Program-made: the position numbers and the translations under genes | The notes under the pieces: generated by a model | Seen by the model: only the letters and a program-made list of their open reading frames with translations | What the model was told of the DNA's origin: nothing | Database searches by the model: none | In this document: positions 11,623 through 21,887 of the stretch, one piece after another | Position numbering within the stretch: the stretch's first letter is position 1 | Layout: each line of letters begins with the position of its first letter | Assembly (NCBI GenBank): GCA_963759925.1 | Contig: CAVXBE010000007.1 | Span: 62,872-126,871, forward strand | Source: an uncultured Alphaproteobacteria bacterium | GTDB lineage: Bacteria > Pseudomonadota > Alphaproteobacteria > Rhizobiales > Beijerinckiaceae | DNA: 64,000 nucleotides | Reading direction: 5' to 3'

Positions 11623-12821
11623 ATGAGTGCGCAAGGCCGTCATTTCCTGCACATTCCAGGCCCGAGCCCGATCCCGGACCGGATCCTGCGCGCCATCGCC
11701 ATGCCGATCATCGACCATCGCAGCGCCGAATTCGCCAAGCTCGGCAAGGAGGTGCTGGAGGGTTGCAAGGCGGTCTTCAAGACGAGCCAGCCGGTGGTGA
11801 TCTACCCCTCGTCCGGCACCGGCGCCTGGGAGGCGGCGATCGTCAACACGCTCTCGCCCGGCGACACCGTGCTGATGGCCGAGACCGGTCACTTCGCCAC
11901 GCTCTGGAAGCAGATCGCCGACCGCTTCGGCATCAAGGTCGAGTTCATCCCCGGCGATTGGCGGCGTGGCGCCGATTCCGCCGCGATCGAGGCGCGGCTG
12001 GTCGAGGACAAGGCCCGCATCATCAAGGCGGTGATGGTCGTGCATAACGAGACCTCGACCGGCGCGACCAGCCGCATCGCCGCCATTCGCAAGGCGATCG
12101 ACGCGGCCGGCCACCCCGCGCTGTTCATGGTCGACACCATCTCGTCGCTCGCCTCGGTCGATTACCGCCACGACGAATGGGGCGTCGACGTCACCGTGTC
12201 CGGCTCGCAAAAGGGGCTGATGCTGCCGCCCGGCCTCAGCTTCAACGCGATATCCGAGAAGGCGATGGCGGCGTCCAAGGCCAACACGCTGCCGCGTTCC
12301 TATTGGGACTGGCAGGAGATGGTGAAGATCAACGCCAATGGCTTCTTCCCCTACACGCCAGCGACGAACCTGCTCTACGGGCTGAAGGAAGCGCTGGCGA
12401 TGCTGCAGGAGGAGGGGCTGGACGAACGTCTTCGCCCGGCATCAGCGCCTGGCCTCGGCCTGCCGCGCTGCCGTCAAGGCCTGGGGTCTCGAGATCCTGT
12501 GCGAGAACGAGGACGAGCAATCCCCGGTGCTGACGGCTGTGATGATGCCGCCGAGCCATGATGCCGACCGTTATCGCAAGATCGCGCTGGAGAAATACAA
12601 CATCTCGCTCGGCTCGGGCCTCGGCAAGGTCGGCCGGCAAGGTCTTCCGCATCGGCCATCTCGGCGAATGCAATGACCTCATGCTGCTGGGCGCGCTCTC
12701 GGGCGTCGAGATGGGGCTGGCGGCGGCCGGCGTGCCGCATCGCAGCGGCGGTGTTGCGGCTGCCATGAAGATCTTCGAGGCGGCTGACGCTGGCAATGCT
12801 CCGGCAGCGGCAGTAGCCTGA
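11623..12821 (+). CDS. Class V aminotransferase (serine/alanine-glyoxylate aminotransferase-like), frameshifts near 12424 and 12632
   Basis: GRHFLHIPGP, VVHNETSTG, PLP-lysine motif SGSQKGLMLPPG, FRIGHLG. Confidence 0.88.
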
Positions 12822-12825
12822 GGGC

Positions 12826-13608
12826 ATGACCGAAACCGTCCTGCTCTCGATATCCGGCGGCGTCGCGACCGTGACGCTGAACCGGCCCGCGATGCTCAAC
12901 GCCATCGATGTCGCCATGGCCCAGGCCTTCGGGGAGCGTGTCGAGGCGCTGGCCGGGCGCGACGATGTCCGCGCCATCCTGATCCGGGGCGAGGGCCGGG
13001 CCTTCTGCGCTGGCGGCGACATCTCCCAGTTCAACGCGGGCGGGGATGCCACGACGGCGATCGACGCCATCATCGGGCCGCTCCATGCCGGGCTGCTGCG
13101 GCTGTCGCAGTTGCCTGCGCCGAGCATTGCCTGCGTCCATGGCGCGGTTGCAGGCGGCGGTTTCAGCCTGGCGCTGGCCTGCGACCTCACCATCGCCGCC
13201 GATGATGCCAAGTTCAGCATGGCCTATGCCCGCATCGGTGCCACGCCCGATGCCTCCGGGACCTGGCATTTGCCGCGACTGCTCGGCATGAAGAAGGCGC
13301 GGGAACTGGCGCTGCTCGGAGACACTGTGCTGGCCGATGAGGCGCTTCAGCTCGGGCTGGTCAACCGCGTCGTGCCGCGGGCCGAGCTTGCGGACCAGGC
13401 GCAGGCGTTGGCGGAGCGGCTGGCCGCAGGGCCGACAGCGGCCTATGGCCGGATCAAGGCCTTGCTCAACGCCTCGCTCGGCAACACGCTGGCCCAGCAG
13501 CTGGACGCCGAGCGCCAGACCTTCCGCGCCTCGACCCAGACCGCCGACTTTGCCGAGGGTATCAAGGCGTTCTCGGAGAAGAGCCCGCCGCGCTTTATCG
13601 GGAAATAA
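12826..13608 (+). CDS. Enoyl-CoA hydratase/isomerase family protein (PaaG-like)
   Basis: LNRP, FCAGGDI, GAVAGGG crotonase motifs. Confidence 0.9.
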   Translation: MTETVLLSISGGVATVTLNRPAMLNAIDVAMAQAFGERVEALAGRDDVRAILIRGEGRAFCAGGDISQFNAGGDATTAIDAIIGPLHAGLLRLSQLPAPSIACVHGAVAGGGFSLALACDLTIAADDAKFSMAYARIGATPDASGTWHLPRLLGMKKARELALLGDTVLADEALQLGLVNRVVPRAELADQAQALAERLAAGPTAAYGRIKALLNASLGNTLAQQLDAERQTFRASTQTADFAEGIKAFSEKSPPRFIGK

Positions 13609-13695
13609 GGCGCTGATGGAACCACAGGCTTGTCGCTTGCGTTCGTGCCGGCTTGCAGTACCTCAAGACTTGAAACACCTCAAGGATCGCACGGA

Positions 13696-14232
13696 ATGAC
13701 CCGCACCGCCTCCATCGCCGCCCTGTTCGCCACCCTGCTGCTGGCGGGATGCCAGCCCGGCGGGCCTGTCGGCAATGCGTCGGTGCCGGAACCGCGCAAG
13801 CCGGTCGAGCTGCAGCGCTATCTCGGCACCTGGTATGAGATTGCCCGCTATGAGGCGAGCTTCCAGCGTGGCTGCGAGGCCGTCACCGCCTCCTACAGCC
13901 TCAAGCCCGATGGTGAGATCGCGGTGGTCAACACCTGCCGCCAGGACTCACCGACCGGGCCGGAGCGCTCCGCCGAGGCCGTGGCGACGCCGGTTGAGGG
14001 CTCGCAGGGCGCCAAGCTGAAGGTCTCGTTCTTCCGGCCCTTCTATGGCGACTACTGGGTGCTGGACCGCGCTCCCGATTATTCCTGGTCGATCGTCGGT
14101 GAGCCCTCGGGCCGCTACCTCTGGATCCTCTCGCGCACGCCCCGTCTCAGCGAAGCGCGGGTGAAGGCGCTGGTCGAGCGAGCAAGCCAGCTCGGCTACG
14201 ACACCAGCCTGCTGCGCCGGACGCGCTGGTAG
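13696..14232 (+). CDS. blc: Outer-membrane lipocalin lipoprotein (Blc-like)
   Basis: Lipobox LLAGC, YLGTWYEIAR, YLWILSRTP. Confidence 0.88.
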   Translation: MTRTASIAALFATLLLAGCQPGGPVGNASVPEPRKPVELQRYLGTWYEIARYEASFQRGCEAVTASYSLKPDGEIAVVNTCRQDSPTGPERSAEAVATPVEGSQGAKLKVSFFRPFYGDYWVLDRAPDYSWSIVGEPSGRYLWILSRTPRLSEARVKALVERASQLGYDTSLLRRTRW

Positions 14233-14253
14233 GGCTGGCGAAGTTTGGCCGCT

Positions 14254-14802
14254 TTAATCCCGCGACAGCGCGTCGCGCAGCGTAGCGATGCTCAAGAATA
14301 GCCGTAGTGGCTTCTCCGCCAAGGGCTGGAAGCCATAGCTCTCATAGAGCCGCTTGCGGCGCGCGATGGCAGTCGCGTCGCCATCGTCCAGAATGTCGAG
14401 CATGACGACTGCGAGGCCGATCGCCTCGGCCGCACCCGCAATCCGCTTCAGCGCATCGACAAGCAGGTCGCCGCCAAACCCCTTGCCGGTATGCCGCTGG
14501 TCGACACCGATCATCGCGATGTAAGCGGCCGGTATCTGGCCATGACCGGGACGGTTTCGCGCAAATCTGGCAGGCAGGGCGGTGTAGTCGACGCTGTGGG
14601 CATTGATCGCATAGAAGCCGATGACAGAGCCGGATGCGTCGCTGAGCACATAGACCCGCAGATGGTTGGCCTGCGCCAGCTTGTTCGCCGTCCGCTTGAA
14701 GAAATTGTCCACCGTGGGCACCCCGCAAGCAAAACCCTCGCGATCGTGCTTTTGCGGGTCGAAAGGCTCGATGTGGAGGCGCTTTCCCTCAGATCCGGTC
14801 AC
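14254..14802 (-). CDS. GNAT acetyltransferase toxin (TacT/AtaT-like)
   Basis: FACG...DNF N-terminus, acetyl-CoA motif GVDQRHTGKGFG, YESYGF; 4-nt overlap with the antitoxin. Confidence 0.85.
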   Translation of the reverse strand: MTGSEGKRLHIEPFDPQKHDREGFACGVPTVDNFFKRTANKLAQANHLRVYVLSDASGSVIGFYAINAHSVDYTALPARFARNRPGHGQIPAAYIAMIGVDQRHTGKGFGGDLLVDALKRIAGAAEAIGLAVVMLDILDDGDATAIARRKRLYESYGFQPLAEKPLRLFLSIATLRDALSRD

Positions 14803-15095
14803 TTGCTGACAATGGTGCGCTTGTGACGCTCCACAGCCGCCAGTAGCCGGGGCGCGGGCGCGGACGGATGATCCAGCGCCGTAAAGAACGCTGCGTGATC
14901 GGCCGGTGTCAGGGCCGTGCGCTCATGCGCGGCAATGGTGTCCAGCGCGGCGCGATACGCGGCATTCAAGGTGAAGGTGGAATCGTCCATCCCCGCCAGC
15001 GCCGCCGCTTGCTGGATAACACGCTTGATGCGGGGCTTGGTGCGGAAATTCATCCGCTCGCTGCTGCGCTCTTCGCGCTCTTCCATAACGCTCAT
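14799..15095 (-). CDS. DUF1778 RHH antitoxin (TacA/AtaR-like)
   Basis: ERMNFR...IQQAAALAG...FFTALDHPSAPAPRL; precedes the GNAT gene. Confidence 0.85.
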   Translation of the reverse strand: MSVMEEREERSSERMNFRTKPRIKRVIQQAAALAGMDDSTFTLNAAYRAALDTIAAHERTALTPADHAAFFTALDHPSAPAPRLLAAVERHKRTIVSK

Positions 15096-15154
15096 CGCTT
15101 CACCCCACGCCTTTGCCAGCAGCTCACCCGAGCGGGAGCAAGTTGACGACATAT

Positions 15155-15173
15155 GTACGCCTAACGGGCGTAC
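15155..15173. promoter_or_regulatory. Inverted repeat GTACGCC-N5-GGCGTAC, likely TA autorepression operator
   Basis: Perfect 7-bp arms about 60 bp upstream of the antitoxin start, next to a TTGCGA -35-like hexamer on the minus strand. Confidence 0.65.
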
Positions 15174-15209
15174 TTCGCAATAATGCCCTCGGGAGAGGGC
15201 GGTGCCCCC

Positions 15210-16475
15210 TTAACCCTTCAGATAAGGCATCCGCACGCCCTGTTCGCTCATGGTCGAGCGGTTGGCCTCGCGCCGCTTCTTGATCTCGCTGCGCGCGACG
15301 GTGCGCAGATGCACCTCGTCAGGCCCGTCGATAAACCGCAGCGCCCGGCCCCAGGAGTAGATGAAAGCCAGCGGCGTATCATTGGTCAGGCCACCGGCGC
15401 CGAAGACCTGGATCGCCCGGTCGGCGAGTTTCGTCTGCAGGCGCGCCGCCACCACCTTGATCGCCGAGACTTCGGTCCGGGCAGCCTTGTTGCCATGCCG
15501 GTCCATCATCCAGGCGGCCCGCAGGCAAAGCAGCCGCGCCTGGTCGATCTCCATCCGGCCTTCCGCGATCCAGTCCTGAATATTGGCGTAATCGGCCACC
15601 TGCCGGCCAAAGGCTTTGCGCTGCAGGGCGCGCTCGACCATGAGTTCCAGCGCCACCTCGCATTGGCCGATGGTGCGCATGCAGTGATGGATGCGGCCTG
15701 GGCCCAGGCGCGCCTGCGCCAGCGCAAAGCCCGCCCCTTCCTCACCCAGCATATTGGCCGCCGGGACGCGGACATTGTCGAAATTGGTCTCGGTATGGCC
15801 CTCGGGCGAGAGGTGGTTCAGCACGGGCAGATTGCGCATCACGCTCAGGCCCGGCGTGTCCATCGGCACCAGAATCATCGAATGGCGCTTGTGCGGGTCA
15901 GCGTCGGGGCTGGTGTCGGAAAGCCCCATCACGATGCAGAGCTTCACATTCGGATGCAGCGCCCCGGTGGTCCACCATTTCCGGCCGTTGATGACATAGT
16001 GATCGCCATCGCGCGTGATCGTGGTCTGCAGATTGGTCGGATCCGAGGAGGCGACGCCCGGCTCGGTGATGCCGACGCAGGAGCGGATCTCGCCGCGCAT
16101 CAGCGGCTCAAGCCATTGGCTGCGCTGCTCCGGCGTCGCGAACATATGCAGGATTTCCATGTTCCCGGTGTCGGGAGCGTTGCAGTTGAACACCTCCGAC
16201 GACCAGAAGAAGCGCCCCATCATCTCCGCCAGCGGCGCATATTCGAGGTTGGTCAGGCGCGTGCCGGGCTCGTCGGGCTTCAGCGCAGGCAGGAACAGGT
16301 TCCACAGCCCCGCCTCGCGCGCCTTCGCCTTGAGCCCATCGATCAGCGCCATCGGGTAATGCCCGGCCTCGACCTCTTCGCGCCATTGCGCGTCGGCGGG
16401 CTGGATATGCGCGTCCATGAAGCTCTGCAGCTTGGCGCGCAATTGCTCGACGCGGTCGGAATAGGCGAAATCCAT
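15210..16475 (-). CDS. Acyl-CoA dehydrogenase (ACAD10/11-like subgroup)
   Basis: FNCNAPDTGNME, TEPGVASSD, QARLGPGRIHHCMR, DGPDEVH. Confidence 0.9.
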   Translation of the reverse strand: MDFAYSDRVEQLRAKLQSFMDAHIQPADAQWREEVEAGHYPMALIDGLKAKAREAGLWNLFLPALKPDEPGTRLTNLEYAPLAEMMGRFFWSSEVFNCNAPDTGNMEILHMFATPEQRSQWLEPLMRGEIRSCVGITEPGVASSDPTNLQTTITRDGDHYVINGRKWWTTGALHPNVKLCIVMGLSDTSPDADPHKRHSMILVPMDTPGLSVMRNLPVLNHLSPEGHTETNFDNVRVPAANMLGEEGAGFALAQARLGPGRIHHCMRTIGQCEVALELMVERALQRKAFGRQVADYANIQDWIAEGRMEIDQARLLCLRAAWMMDRHGNKAARTEVSAIKVVAARLQTKLADRAIQVFGAGGLTNDTPLAFIYSWGRALRFIDGPDEVHLRTVARSEIKKRREANRSTMSEQGVRMPYLKG

Positions 16476-16521
16476 GGCGTGCGTCCCTGTCGTGTTGTCC
16501 GGCGCTGCAGCGTCGTTTTCG

Positions 16522-17568
16522 TCAGTCGCCGGCTTCGATGACCGCTTGCGCCCGCAGCGCAAAGCTTTCCGCCAGCTCGCCGACGGCAACCGCATTCTCG
16601 GCTGCGGCATTGCCGGCCTTGGCTCGGGCCGCGATCCCGTCGAGGATGACGGCGAAGCGAAACAGCGAGAAGGCGAGGTGGAACCGGCCGGGGCCGCTGA
16701 CCCGCCCCGCCGCCTGGCAGTAGCGCTCCAGATATTCGGCCTGCGTCGGGATGCCCAGCACCTGACGGTCGAGCCCGACAATGCCGGCATACATCGCCGG
16801 GGTGGATTGCCAGGGCAGGCAGGAGAAGGCGACATCCGACAGCGGGTGCCCCAGCGTCGAAAGCTCCCAATCCAGCACCGCGACAATCTTCGGCCCCTCC
16901 GGCGCGAACATCAGATTACCGGGCCGGAAATCGCCATGCACGATGGTGGTCTCGGCTGAGACGTCGAGATTGTCCTGCAGCCACTCCATGGTGCGGTCGA
17001 TGGCTGGGATATCGCGCGTGCGCGTCTCCCGCCATTGCCCGCCCCAGCGCTTCAGCTGGCGCGCGTAATAATTGCCGGGCTTGCCGAAATCCCCCAGCCC
17101 CGCCGCCTGCCAGTCGAAGCAGTGCAGCGCGGCCAACGTCTCCGCCATGGCGAAATACATCTCGCGACGCTCATCCCGGCTCACGCCCGGCAGCGAGGCA
17201 TCGTGAAACACCCGGCCGTCCAGCCGCTCCATCAGGTAAAACGGCGTGCCGATGACGTCGCTGTCTTCGTGCAGCAGCAGCACCGGCGGCACAGGCACAG
17301 CCGAGCCGGCCAGCGCCTTCAGGATGCGATACTCCCGCTCGATCGCATGGGCCGATGGCAGCAGCGGCCCCGGCGGCTTCTTGCGCAGCACCAGCTCGGT
17401 GCCGGCCTCGGCATAGGACAGGAAAAACGTCGGGTTGGACTGGCCGCCGCTGATCCGCTGCAGCGTGATCGGCCCGCGCGCGCGCTCGGGCAGGGCCGCT
17501 TTCAGGAAGGCGTCGAGACGGCCTGTTTCGAATTCCGGAGCAGAGCCGGGCGGCAAATCGGCGGACAT
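16522..17568 (-). CDS. APH-like phosphotransferase (ACAD10/11 N-terminal kinase-like)
   Basis: GGQSNPT, LLPSAHAIERE, HGDFRPGN, LDWELSTLGHP. Confidence 0.9.
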   Translation of the reverse strand: MSADLPPGSAPEFETGRLDAFLKAALPERARGPITLQRISGGQSNPTFFLSYAEAGTELVLRKKPPGPLLPSAHAIEREYRILKALAGSAVPVPPVLLLHEDSDVIGTPFYLMERLDGRVFHDASLPGVSRDERREMYFAMAETLAALHCFDWQAAGLGDFGKPGNYYARQLKRWGGQWRETRTRDIPAIDRTMEWLQDNLDVSAETTIVHGDFRPGNLMFAPEGPKIVAVLDWELSTLGHPLSDVAFSCLPWQSTPAMYAGIVGLDRQVLGIPTQAEYLERYCQAAGRVSGPGRFHLAFSLFRFAVILDGIAARAKAGNAAAENAVAVGELAESFALRAQAVIEAGD

Positions 17569-17673
17569 GGCGGCATCATCAAGGCCACCGCCAGCCACGT
17601 CAACGCGGCAGATCATTCAGCCGCGACGGACGCTTGCTTCGCAGTCCGTGCTGGCAAGCCGTGCGAGACTGCG

Positions 17674-17793
17674 AGCCCTCATCCCGGGGAGTGACGAAGT
17701 CGCGTCTCGAAGGATGGTCCAGCGGACACCGGAGCCTTCTGAAGCATCCTTCGAGACGCCATTCCCAACGGAATGGCTCTCAGGATGAGGGCT
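17674..17793. repeat. Palindromic REP/RIME-like element (CCTCATCC family)
   Basis: AGCCCTCATCC...CGTCTCGAAGGATG...CATCCTTCGAGACG...GGATGAGGGCT. Confidence 0.85.
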
Positions 17794-17812
17794 GAGGGTA
17801 GCTCAAACGTTC

Positions 17813-19053
17813 TTAAGCCGCATCCAGCCCGTAGAGCGAATGCAGCGTGCGCACCGCGAGCTCGGTGTAGGCGGCATCGATCAGCACCGAGAACTTGATC
17901 TCGGAGGTGGTGATGGCGCGGATGTTGATGCCCTTCTCGGCCAGGGCCCGGAAGGCGCGCGCGGCGACGCCGGCATGGGAGCGCATGCCGATGCCGATGG
18001 CCGAGACCTTCACCACATCGGTCGCGCCCTGCAGCGCCTGATAGGAGATCTGCGCATGCCGGCTCTCGAGCAGCGCCTTGGCCCGCTCATAATCGGCCGT
18101 CGGCACCGTGAAGGTGATGTCCGTGGTGGCCTGATCGTCGGACACGACCTGGATGATCATGTCGACATTGATGTTGGCATCGGCCAGCGGCCCGAAAATC
18201 GCGGCGGCGACGCCGGGCTTGTCGGCCACGCGGCGCAGCGTGATCTGCGCCTCGTCTCGCGAGAAGGCGATGCCGGTTACGATCTGCTGTTCCACGATGT
18301 CGTCCTCGTCGCAGATGAGGGTGCCGGGCTTGGGATTGTCGGGGTCGTCGAAGGAGGAGCGGACATAGGTCGGGACGCGCTGGACCATCGCGATCTCGAC
18401 CGAGCGGACCTGCAGCACCTTGGAGCCGAGCGATGCCATCTCCAGCATCTCCTCGAAGGCGACCTTATCCATGCGCCGCGCCTTGGGCACGATGCGGGGA
18501 TCGGTGGTGTAGACGCCGTCGACATCGGTGTAGATGTCGCAGCGGTCGGCCTTGAGCGCGGCGGCGAGAGCCACCGCGCTCGTATCGGAGCCGCCGCGGC
18601 CGAGCGTGACGATGCGGCCGCTCTCCTGATGCACGCCCTGGAAGCCCGAGCAGACCGCGATCTCGCGGCGCTCGGTGAAACCCTTCACGATGGCCGTGCC
18701 GTCGACGCCCTCGATGCGCGCGGCGCCATGCGCGTCCGAACCGTAGATCGGGATCTGCCAGCCCTGCCAGGAGCGGGCGGGCAGGCCCATATCCTGCAGC
18801 ACGATCGCCATCAGGCCCGACGTGACCTGCTCGCCCGAGGCGACGACGACATCGTATTCCGCGCGGTCGTACAGCGGCGAGGCCTCGTTGCACCAGGCCG
18901 ACCAGCTCATTGGTCTTGCCCGACATGGCCGAGACCACGACGGCGACCTCATGGCCGGCGTCGAATTCGCGTTTGACGTGGCGGGCGGCGTTGCTGATGC
19001 GCTCGACCGTTGGCGACGGACGTACCGCCGAATTTCATCACGAGACGGGCCAT
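17813..19053 (-). CDS. lysC: Aspartate kinase, frameshifts near 19008 and 18900
   Basis: MARLVMKFGGTSV, VVVSAMSG, TLGRGGSDTSA, ACT domains. Confidence 0.92.
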
Positions 19054-19204
19054 GGCGGTCCAGAGGCTCTCAACTACGTGTCCGGACGCAAGCCGGGGCG
19101 AAACGTCGCCCTCGCATGCAGCGCGGGGCGCGTGTAGATGACGGGCAGAGGCGGCACTGTCAATGCGAACGCATGGCCGGGCGCGCGCGGAGAGGATCAC
19201 GACC

Positions 19205-19969
19205 ATGGCTGCGACCCGGGAACGCGACGGCTCGACCATCGACACGGCGGAGGTGGCCCGTTTCGACGCGCTGGCGCGCAGCTGGTGGGATCCGAAAGGC
19301 CCGATGGCCGTGCTGCACAAGTTCAATCCGGTGCGCGTCGGCTTCGTGCGCGACCTCGTCTGCGAGCGCTTCGGCCGCGATCCGCGCGCGCTCGACGCGC
19401 TGGAGGGGCTGTCGCTGGTCGATATCGGCTGCGGTGGCGGTGTGTTGTCGGAGCCCCTGGCGAAGCTCGGTGCGCGCGTGACTGGGCTCGATCCGGCGCC
19501 GACCAATATTGCCGTGGCGCGCGCCCATGCCGAGCGCGTCGGGCTGGAGATCGACTACCGGGACCAGACGATCGAGGCGCTGGTCGCCAAGGGCGAGCAG
19601 TTCGACATCGTGCTGGCGATGGAGGTCGTCGAGCATGTCGCCGATGTCGAGGCTTTCATCGCGTCCTGCTGCGCGGCGGTGAAGCCGGGCGGCCTGCTGG
19701 TCATGGCCACGCTGAATCGCACCCTGAAATCCTATGCGCTGGCGATCGTCGGCGCTGAATATGTGCTGCGCTGGCTGCCGCGCGGCACTCATGACTGGAA
19801 CAGGTTCGTTACCCCTGATGAATTGCGGGATGCGATTGCCCGCAACGGGCTGGACCTGGGGGAGGGGGTTGGCGTCGTCTATAATCCGCTCACCGACCGC
19901 TGGTCAGCCTCGCGCGATATGGACGTGAACTACATGCTGGCGGCGTTCCGCGCGCCCAGTCAGGCATAG
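19205..19969 (+). CDS. ubiG: Ubiquinone biosynthesis O-methyltransferase
   Basis: WWDPKGP, LHKFNPVR, DIGCGGG, MEVVEHV, GTHDW. Confidence 0.93.
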   Translation: MAATRERDGSTIDTAEVARFDALARSWWDPKGPMAVLHKFNPVRVGFVRDLVCERFGRDPRALDALEGLSLVDIGCGGGVLSEPLAKLGARVTGLDPAPTNIAVARAHAERVGLEIDYRDQTIEALVAKGEQFDIVLAMEVVEHVADVEAFIASCCAAVKPGGLLVMATLNRTLKSYALAIVGAEYVLRWLPRGTHDWNRFVTPDELRDAIARNGLDLGEGVGVVYNPLTDRWSASRDMDVNYMLAAFRAPSQA

Positions 19970-19976
19970 CGCCGAC

Positions 19977-20288
19977 TCAAACGTAACGCCGCAGCAGGCT
20001 CGCCCCCAGCAGAGAGAGCAAGGCAGAGACCAGCGCGACTGTCGCTGTGACGGCGCTGGCGTCGAAGACCACGCGCAGGTTCAGCTTGCGCCAGAGCCAA
20101 AGGCCGAGCGCGGCTCCCAAAATCATGACGAGCGCGTTGCCGATCACGCCCATCGCGCCATTGCCGAGAAGCAGATCCGCCAGCCAGGCCAGCGACAGCG
20201 CCGCCAGAGCCAGCAGCGCCAGCGAAACCAGCGCCTGATTATCGGACAAGGCGGGCAGTCCCAGCAGGAAACCGAGCGTACGGGTCAA
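19977..20288 (-). CDS. Small three-TM membrane protein
   Basis: Hydrophobic ORF with TTG start and AAGGA-like RBS; fills the gap between ubiG and ccr. Confidence 0.6.
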   Translation of the reverse strand: MTRTLGFLLGLPALSDNQALVSLALLALAALSLAWLADLLLGNGAMGVIGNALVMILGAALGLWLWRKLNLRVVFDASAVTATVALVSALLSLLGASLLRRYV

Positions 20289-20425
20289 GGGAGTATCCTT
20301 CGTACGAATAGCGCGCCGAAGCTAAGCCGCCCCGCAGACCCTGGGTCAAGCCGTCGCGGCACAAAAGCTGAGGAGCATTGTTCCCCTTGTTTTTTGCGCT
20401 GCGGCGTCGTTCCTTAGGTTAATGG

Positions 20426-20440
20426 CGCAGTGCAACATAG
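20426..20440 (+). promoter_or_regulatory. Motif CGCAGTGCAACATAG upstream of ccr (shared with mcd upstream region)
   Basis: 14/15 match to the reverse complement of 23718-23732. Confidence 0.5.
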
Positions 20441-20520
20441 AGCTGCATCATCAGCTAGGGAAACGAGGCGCGACGGGTAGGCCTGACACGCTTCCGCCGT
20501 GCCCAATGGGGAGAAACGCG

Positions 20521-21787
20521 ATGACCAAGCCTGCTGCGAGCCCACTTAAGGATCTCTACGAACTCGGCGAGTTGCCGCCGCTCGGCCACGTTCCTGCCTC
20601 CATGTATGCCTGGACCATCCGCCGTGAGCGCCATGGCCCGCCGCAGGAGAGTTTTCAGGTCGAGGTCGTGCCGACCTGGAGCATTGGCGAGGAAGAAGTG
20701 CTGCTGCTCGTGATGGCCGGTGGCGTCAATTATAACGGCATCTGGGCAGGTCTCGGCCAGCCGATCTCCCCCTTCGACGTGCACAAGCAGTCGCTCCACA
20801 TCGCTGGCTCCGACGCGTCCGGCATCGTCTGGGCCGTGGGCTCGAAGGTGAAGCGCTGGAAGGTCGGCGACGAGGTCATCGTCCATTGCAACCAGGATGA
20901 TGGCGACGACGAGGAGTGCAATGGCGGCGATCCGATGTTCTCGTCCAGCCAGCGCATCTGGGGCTACGAGACGCCCGATGGCTCGTTTGCGCAGTTCTGC
21001 CGGGTGCAGTCGCGCCAGCTGATGCTCAAGCCCAAGCACCTCGCCTGGGAGGAGGCGGCCTGCTACACGCTGACGCTGGCCACCGCCTACCGCATGCTGT
21101 TTGGCCACGCGCCGCACACCATCAAGCCGGGCGACAACGTGCTGATCTGGGGCGCGTCCGGCGGCCTCGGCGTGTTCGGCGTCCAGCTCTGCGCCGCGTC
21201 GGGCGCCAATGCGATCGGCGTGATCTCCGACGAGACCAAGCGCGACTATGTGCTGGGGCTCGGCGCCAAGGGCGTGATCAACCGCAAGGACTTCAATTGC
21301 TGGGGCCAGATGCCCACCGTGAACTCGCCGGAATACGACGACTTGGGTGAAGGAAGCCCGCAAGTTCGGCAAGGCGATCTGGGACATCACCGGCAAGAAG
21401 GATGTCGACATCGTCTTCGAGCATCCGGGCGAGGCGACCTTCCCGGTCTCCTGTCTCGTCGCCAAGCGCGGCGGCATGGTGGTGTTCTGCGCCGGCACCT
21501 CCGGCTTCAACATCACCTTCGACGCCCGCTATGTCTGGATGCGCCAGAAGCGCGTGCAGGGCTCGCATTTCGCCCATCTCAAGCAGGCATCCGCTGCCAA
21601 CCAGTTCGTCATCGACCGCCGGGTCGATCCCTGCATGTCGGAGGTCTTCCCCTGGGACAAGATCCCGCTCGCGCACCACAAGATGTGGAAGAACGAGCAC
21701 GCGCCCGGAAACATGTCCGTGCTGGTCTACGCCCCGCGCACCGGCCTGCGGACCTATGAGGATGTCGCCGAAGCGCTGGGCGGCTGA
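20521..21787 (+). CDS. ccr: Crotonyl-CoA carboxylase/reductase, frameshift near 21343
   Basis: KDLYELGELPPLGHVP, GVNYNGIWAGLG, HIAGSDASG, IWGYETPDGSFAQF, VFEHPG, FDARYVWMRQK. Confidence 0.93.
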
Positions 21788-21796
21788 CGTCGAACG

Positions 21797-21820
21797 AACC
21801 GCGCTGACGCCAGCGCGGTT
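21797..21820 (+). terminator. Hairpin after ccr
   Basis: AACCGCGCTG-acgc-CAGCGCGGTT. Confidence 0.55.
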
Positions 21821-21851
21821 TGTCCTATGGGAGAGGCGCACATCACGATGA

Positions 21852-21879
21852 GCGACCCGGCGCAAATACGCCGGGTTGC
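21852..21879 (-). terminator. Hairpin after hicB
   Basis: GCGACCCGGCG-caaata-CGCCGGGTTGC. Confidence 0.45.
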
Positions 21880-21887
21880 TTACCGAC

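Noticed and set aside
13661-13685. TCAAGACTTGA palindrome upstream of blc as a SoxR/MerR box
   Set aside because: Arms are only 5 bp and the spacing does not match CCTCAAGTTAACTTGAGG; no MerR gene nearby.
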